Below are positions 26,649 to 31,491 of a DNA stretch of 31,491 nt, piece by piece (position 1 is the first letter of the stretch; every line of letters begins with the position of its first letter). The notes beneath the pieces were generated by a model. It had not been told where the DNA came from and did no database searches. It worked only from the letters and a program-made list of their open reading frames with translations. Origin of the DNA: an uncultured Bacteroidota bacterium. GTDB lineage: Bacteria > Bacteroidota > Bacteroidia > Bacteroidales > UBA12481. The stretch spans positions 1 to 31,491 of the forward strand of contig CAILAQ010000043.1 in assembly GCA_903832165.1 (NCBI GenBank). The letters are read 5' to 3'. Position numbers and translations under genes: made by a program.

Positions 26649-28391
26649 ATGAAGGAAAAGATAAAATGTTGTATGAATTATAAAGTAATAGCGTTGGGGT
26701 TAGCGGTAATGCTGACGGTTGGATTCTCGCAGGAGATTGTTGCGCAGGAGTCTGTGATTTCGGATACCACCCAGCCGGCCATGGTGAAGTATAAGTATTA
26801 TTTCGCTGAGGGCCTTCGGTTTAAGTTGCTGGGAAATCAGGAGCAGGCAATGCAGATGTTTCAGAAATGCGCAGAGCTCGACCAGGCTTCAGGATCATCA
26901 TTCTATGAGCTGGCTTTGCTCTATTCGGAAAAAAAAGACTATGCCGCCGCTACTGGATATGCCCGAAATGCCTGGAAACGCGATCCGACCAATAAATGGT
27001 ACGGTCTGATGCTGGTGGAGAACCTTAAAATGCAGGGCAAACCTGCTGAATGCGTACCCATTTATAATCAGCTGCAGAAGGTCGATCCCAATGAACTGGA
27101 GTTTAAAACGGCCGAAATTGAAATGCTTATCCAGGCGAAACAGGAAAACGAAGCAATAAAAAAGATTGATAAGCTTCGTAAGGATATCGATATGGAGCGC
27201 TGGGGGACAGTAAAGAAAAAGGATATCTATTTCTCCGGCAATAAGTTCGATAAAGGAACCAAAGTATTGCTCGATTGGCTCAAAAAGTATCCTGACGATG
27301 TGGATATCCGTGGAATCCTGGCTGAAGCTTATGCGTCAAAAGGCAAAAATGATGAAGCCATGGCTCAATATAAGATCTTGAAAGATAAAGATCCGGATAA
27401 CCCTTCCATCAGTTTTTCTCTGGGCCAGTTCTATTATCAAACAGGGAAAAAGAAAGAAGCTCTGGAGGAATTCCTGACAGGTTTTCAGTCTGCCGATGTT
27501 AATCCTGCTATCAAGTTAGAAATCATTAAGGCTTATATTTCTGCTCAGGAAAAACAGCAGAATCTTGATGATGAGGTGGTTAAACTTATAGAAACTCTGT
27601 ATCAGGTAGACAAAGGCTCCCCGGAGGTGGACCTGTTGTATGCCAACTTTTTATACTCAGGGGAAAAACTGGTGGAGGCGGAACCTATCTACCGGAAACT
27701 CACTCGGAGTGATCCGGGAAATTTTATGATATGGCAAAATCTCCTGTTCATTCTGAATGAGCAGAAACGGTTCGGCGACATCCTGAAAGTGAGTGACAGC
27801 GCCCTGATCTATTTTCCGGGTCAGGGATTGTTTCATCTGTTCAGGGGAATTGCCGCAATCGATAAAAAAGACTTTCCGGTGGCCATTTCAGCGCTGAACA
27901 AAGGGCTGGGAATCCCCGGACAAAATGCCGAGATCATCAAGCAATTTTACCTTTTACTGGCCGAGGCATTGTACAGGAATGGCAATATTGCCGACGCTTT
28001 CACGAATTTCGACCAGATGCTGGTACTGGAACCTGAGAATGCGCAGGTGCTGAACAATTATAGTTATTATCTTGCACTGGATGAAAAGGATCTGGATAAA
28101 GCTTTGGAAATGATAACGAAATGTGTTAGCCAGGAGCCTGAGAATCCTACCTACCTTGATACCTTTGCATGGGTTCTTTACCAGCGAAAAGAGTATCTAA
28201 AAGCGCTGGAACCGATGGAAAAAACCATGAAGTTATCGAAGAATCCGAGCGGCGAAGTGATGGAGCATTATGGTGATATTCTTTATAGAAACGGTAGAAC
28301 CGAAGAAGCGAAACAATCGTGGATAAAGGCGAAGGAGTCGAAAGAAGCTTCTGATAAGATTGATGGTAAAATAAGTAACGGGCTGAAATGA
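26649..28391 (+). CDS. Tetratricopeptide repeat protein, exported
   Basis: Signal peptide from alternative ATG 26673; TPRs; NA.VLNNYSYYLA, NPTYLDTFAWVLY, EHYGDILY motifs. Confidence 0.85.
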   Translation: MKEKIKCCMNYKVIALGLAVMLTVGFSQEIVAQESVISDTTQPAMVKYKYYFAEGLRFKLLGNQEQAMQMFQKCAELDQASGSSFYELALLYSEKKDYAAATGYARNAWKRDPTNKWYGLMLVENLKMQGKPAECVPIYNQLQKVDPNELEFKTAEIEMLIQAKQENEAIKKIDKLRKDIDMERWGTVKKKDIYFSGNKFDKGTKVLLDWLKKYPDDVDIRGILAEAYASKGKNDEAMAQYKILKDKDPDNPSISFSLGQFYYQTGKKKEALEEFLTGFQSADVNPAIKLEIIKAYISAQEKQQNLDDEVVKLIETLYQVDKGSPEVDLLYANFLYSGEKLVEAEPIYRKLTRSDPGNFMIWQNLLFILNEQKRFGDILKVSDSALIYFPGQGLFHLFRGIAAIDKKDFPVAISALNKGLGIPGQNAEIIKQFYLLLAEALYRNGNIADAFTNFDQMLVLEPENAQVLNNYSYYLALDEKDLDKALEMITKCVSQEPENPTYLDTFAWVLYQRKEYLKALEPMEKTMKLSKNPSGEVMEHYGDILYRNGRTEEAKQSWIKAKESKEASDKIDGKISNGLK

Positions 28392-29185
28392 GCATGAACA
28401 GGAAAGTTAAATATGCAGGTATTTTTTGCCTGGTCGCACTGACCATGTTTTCCTTTAACGGCTGCTCTCTCTTCAAAAAATCAACGGTTGCGGGAAAAAC
28501 TATGTCGGAAGATGAAAATGTGGTGAGAAAAGCGGTTAATGCGCAGCCTGAATGGAAGTTCGTGGAAATAAGAATGACCGGAAGAGCAGATGAGGATGGT
28601 AAGAAAATTGGTTTTATGGGTACCATCAAACTTGAGAAGGACAAGCAGATTTTTGTCATGATGCGTTCTTCAATCGGTATTGAGGTGGCCCGGATTTATG
28701 CCAATCGCGACAGCGTCTGGATCACATCGAAAATGCTTGGAATCAAGGAAAAAGGGAATTGGAAACTGATTGCTGCAAAAATCGGTTATCCTGTGGATTT
28801 TTATGCCGTTCAGGGTATTTTCAATCAGGCACTGTTCACCTCGGCCGGTGACCAATTAAAGGATTTAATTGAAAATCTGGTTATAAAAGGCGATAAGGAT
28901 AATCTGCGGCTGGTAACAATGAGCCGCCTGCCGGAGGAAGAAAACGGAATTAAATATTCTAATGAATTTGTGCTTGACAAAGAGACTTTTCTTATTCAGG
29001 ATTCAAAAATGCGTGACATAAAAGGACAATGGATTGCTGATGTCAAGTATTTATATAATAAGGAGAACGTGATAAAGAAAATTGAATTGAAAGGCATCGA
29101 TTCAGAACGTAATTTTGCCGTGGATGTAAATATTGTTAAAAAGGAAATAAAAGAAACCCTGGATTTTAATTTCGATAGATTTTGA
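28388..29185 (+). CDS. DUF4292 domain lipoprotein
   Basis: Lipobox FNGC; KDKQI....S.GIEVARIY..RDSV, GYPVDFY.VQ.IF. Position between the TPR and EnvC-like genes fits the usual Bacteroidota cluster. Confidence 0.7.
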   Translation: MSMNRKVKYAGIFCLVALTMFSFNGCSLFKKSTVAGKTMSEDENVVRKAVNAQPEWKFVEIRMTGRADEDGKKIGFMGTIKLEKDKQIFVMMRSSIGIEVARIYANRDSVWITSKMLGIKEKGNWKLIAAKIGYPVDFYAVQGIFNQALFTSAGDQLKDLIENLVIKGDKDNLRLVTMSRLPEEENGIKYSNEFVLDKETFLIQDSKMRDIKGQWIADVKYLYNKENVIKKIELKGIDSERNFAVDVNIVKKEIKETLDFNFDRF

Positions 29186-30372
29186 AGTACATAAGAACAT
29201 TTTCCGGCGTATTTTTGGGAGTAATTTTATCAATAAATTGCTATTGCCAGGATATAAATTCATTACGTTCGCAGCGAGAGAAAAGCCTGGCGGAAATTGC
29301 CCGGATAGAGGAATTATTAAAACAAACCCAGGCTAATCGTCAGAATGAACTTAATAGCCTTCAACTGATTAATGGAAAAATCACACGGAGAAATAAGATC
29401 GTCACCGGAATCAGTAATGAAATATCGATGCTCGACCAGCAGATCAGGCGTAATGAATCTACCATAGGTTCGCTGGATACTGAAATTCAGGTGCTGAAGA
29501 AGGATTACGCCAACGTGATTTATAAGACAAACCTGAATCACAATGCATACCATCAGTCGCAATATATATTTGCCTCGGCAGATTTCAGCCAGGCGTTCAA
29601 AAGGTTGAAGTATATGCAGCAATATGCCCGGTTCCGCAAAGCGCAGGCAGAGAAAATCGAGGCCAAAACCAACGAGTTGAAGAATATCAACCGACAGCAG
29701 GAGGAAAACAAGAACCAGCGAAGGGACCTGCTGCTGGATGAAAAGCGGGAAATGGTCAAACTGAACAGCGACCGGAAAGATCAGGAGGGTGCTGTTCAGT
29801 CCCTGCAGAGGAAGGAGAAACAGGTAAAGAAGGATCTCGACGCTCAAAAGGCTACCTATAAGAAACTGGAAAAAGAAATTTCGCGCCTGATAGCGGCCGC
29901 TACTGGCTCCGAAGTGAGCAGCTCGGGTATGCGTATGACCCCCGAGGAGAAAATTATATCCAATGAGTTCAGTCAGAATATGGGACGGCTACCCTGGCCG
30001 GTTGCACGCGGAATCATCTCGCAGTCGCATGGCCGGCAGAATGCACCTGGATTGAAAGGCGTTGAGATAGACAACCCGGGGATCAGCATTGTTACAGAGG
30101 ACGGGGCTGTTGTTCAGGCGGTTTTCGAAGGAAAAGTTTCATCCGTCATGCTGATGGCAGGAGGAAATATCTGCGTATTGATCAAGCATGGCGAGTACTT
30201 TTCAGTGTACGTCAACATCACCGACCTCAAAGTCAAGGTGGGAGATCATGTGAAAATCAAACAGGAAATTGGCCGGGCAACACATACTGGCAAGGATGGA
30301 AGTCCTGAATTTAATTTCCAGATCTGGAAAGGACAAAGCAATCAGGATCCGGAAAAATGGCTGGCAAAATGA
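29182..30372 (+). CDS. EnvC-like murein hydrolase activator (coiled coil + M23 domain)
   Basis: Long coiled coil, F.QAFKRLKYMQQY, G.LPWPV..G, V.AVFEG.V, IKHG.YFSVY.N, F.IW. TTG start. Confidence 0.85.
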   Translation: MKYIRTFSGVFLGVILSINCYCQDINSLRSQREKSLAEIARIEELLKQTQANRQNELNSLQLINGKITRRNKIVTGISNEISMLDQQIRRNESTIGSLDTEIQVLKKDYANVIYKTNLNHNAYHQSQYIFASADFSQAFKRLKYMQQYARFRKAQAEKIEAKTNELKNINRQQEENKNQRRDLLLDEKREMVKLNSDRKDQEGAVQSLQRKEKQVKKDLDAQKATYKKLEKEISRLIAAATGSEVSSSGMRMTPEEKIISNEFSQNMGRLPWPVARGIISQSHGRQNAPGLKGVEIDNPGISIVTEDGAVVQAVFEGKVSSVMLMAGGNICVLIKHGEYFSVYVNITDLKVKVGDHVKIKQEIGRATHTGKDGSPEFNFQIWKGQSNQDPEKWLAK

Positions 30373-31491
30373 GAACGCGAAAAGGTATTACCGACGATGA
30401 AATTGTTGAAAGTAAGCTCCGCCAGTTTATCAATAAATATTACCGCGTAAAGATTTTTCAGGGACTCATAATCACTGTTTCTGCCTCACTTATTATTCTG
30501 CTATTACTGGTTATTTCTGGCAATATTTTTTCTGGTAAGAGGGAATTGTACAACATTCTTTTGTGGGTCGGCATCGGTATTTCCGGAGGAATTGCAGGGC
30601 TGTTTGTTATCAGGCCATTATTGCAACAGCTGGGTTTTATCAGGGGACTGAATTTTAGGGAAGCCAGCAATATTATCAGGCAAAAGCATAAATCCATTGA
30701 GGACAGGATAATTAATATCATTGAGCTTGCCCGCGAGAAATCTGGTCAGAATAATAAACTATACGATTTTGCCATCACTCAGAAGGCTGATAATATCCGT
30801 GAATTTAATTTTGATGAGGCTGTTTCATTCAGAAAACTGTTTGTTTTTATTTCAAGATTGGCAGCGCTGTTGGCAATCTTAGCTGGTGTATGGCTGATAA
30901 AGCCGGATTTCATCAATAGGGGAATCGGACAGATGCTGTCAGTGAATAAGCAGATCGCAGCACACTCTAAAACAGTGTTCGTTATCCTGAATGATTCCCT
31001 GGAGGTTGAATCAGGCAAGGATTTCCTGCTCAGGTTTAAGGTAATTACTGACTTTCCTGGTGAAACAGTCACTTTAAGGATGAGTTCCACTGAGGTGAAG
31101 ACGAAAAAGGTGGCAGAAGGCTTTGAATACTTGTTTAAAGCGGTGAATTCGGCGGTTTCCTTCTATTTGGAATGTAACGGAGTGGTTTCTGAGGAATATG
31201 TGGTTAAAACCCTTAAAAAGCCTGAAATAAGCAATATTCAATTGAAATTGATTCCGCCCGGATATACGGAATTAGAGAGCACTGTCATCGAAGGCGACGG
31301 AAATGCCGAGGTGCCTGCCGGCTCAGTAATTATATGGACAATAAAAACGGTTAACACTGACGAAGTTTTACACTTTGATGAATCAGGTGGCGGTACTGGT
31401 TCAACCGGTACAGAAAAATCAGAGATGCCTCAGGGTTCGCGATATGAGGCATTAAAGGGTAAGGATAATAAATGGAATTATCAGAAAACAA
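30369..31491 (+). CDS. DUF4175-like large membrane-anchored protein (3' truncated; missing from the ORF track)
   Basis: ATG 30369 overlaps the previous stop (ATGA); frame open to window end: MRTRKGITDDEIVESKLRQFINKYYRVKIFQG...IEDRIINIIEL...PPGYT...GDGNAEVPAGS.I.W. Confidence 0.75.
   Translation, partial: MRTRKGITDDEIVESKLRQFINKYYRVKIFQGLIITVSASLIILLLLVISGNIFSGKRELYNILLWVGIGISGGIAGLFVIRPLLQQLGFIRGLNFREASNIIRQKHKSIEDRIINIIELAREKSGQNNKLYDFAITQKADNIREFNFDEAVSFRKLFVFISRLAALLAILAGVWLIKPDFINRGIGQMLSVNKQIAAHSKTVFVILNDSLEVESGKDFLLRFKVITDFPGETVTLRMSSTEVKTKKVAEGFEYLFKAVNSAVSFYLECNGVVSEEYVVKTLKKPEISNIQLKLIPPGYTELESTVIEGDGNAEVPAGSVIIWTIKTVNTDEVLHFDESGGGTGSTGTEKSEMPQGSRYEALKGKDNKWNYQKT

Overview
Core-chromosome segment of a Bacteroidota bacterium, probably Bacteroidales/Marinilabiliales-like (T9SS C-terminal sorting domains, TAnnTTTG promoters). 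It holds about 32 CDS, tRNA-Val(GAC) and housekeeping genes (pheS, ruvB, rpiB, hemW, dut, lutB-like), and ends in a flippase-dut-TPR-DUF4292-EnvC-like-DUF4175-like cluster. Three non-coding signals stand out. (1) A small GIY-YIG nuclease gene is enclosed by ~160-215 bp composite inverted repeats (12901-13648) built from 72-bp REP-like units and heptamer repeats. These arms also supply the last codons and stop codons of both convergent neighbours, and a near-identical copy of the REP unit is inserted in frame in a Tat-exported M24 peptidase gene 10 kb away. (2) A likely oriC lies at 19254-19690, with tandem DnaA boxes, GGC, DnaA-trios and an AT-rich tract, where the GC skew flips. (3) Two divergent promoters next to an OmpR/PhoB-type regulator carry 11-bp-phased boxes in identical register. 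Several other intergenic REP/heptamer modules suggest an active short-repeat system. All calls come from reading the sequence by eye; no database searches were run.
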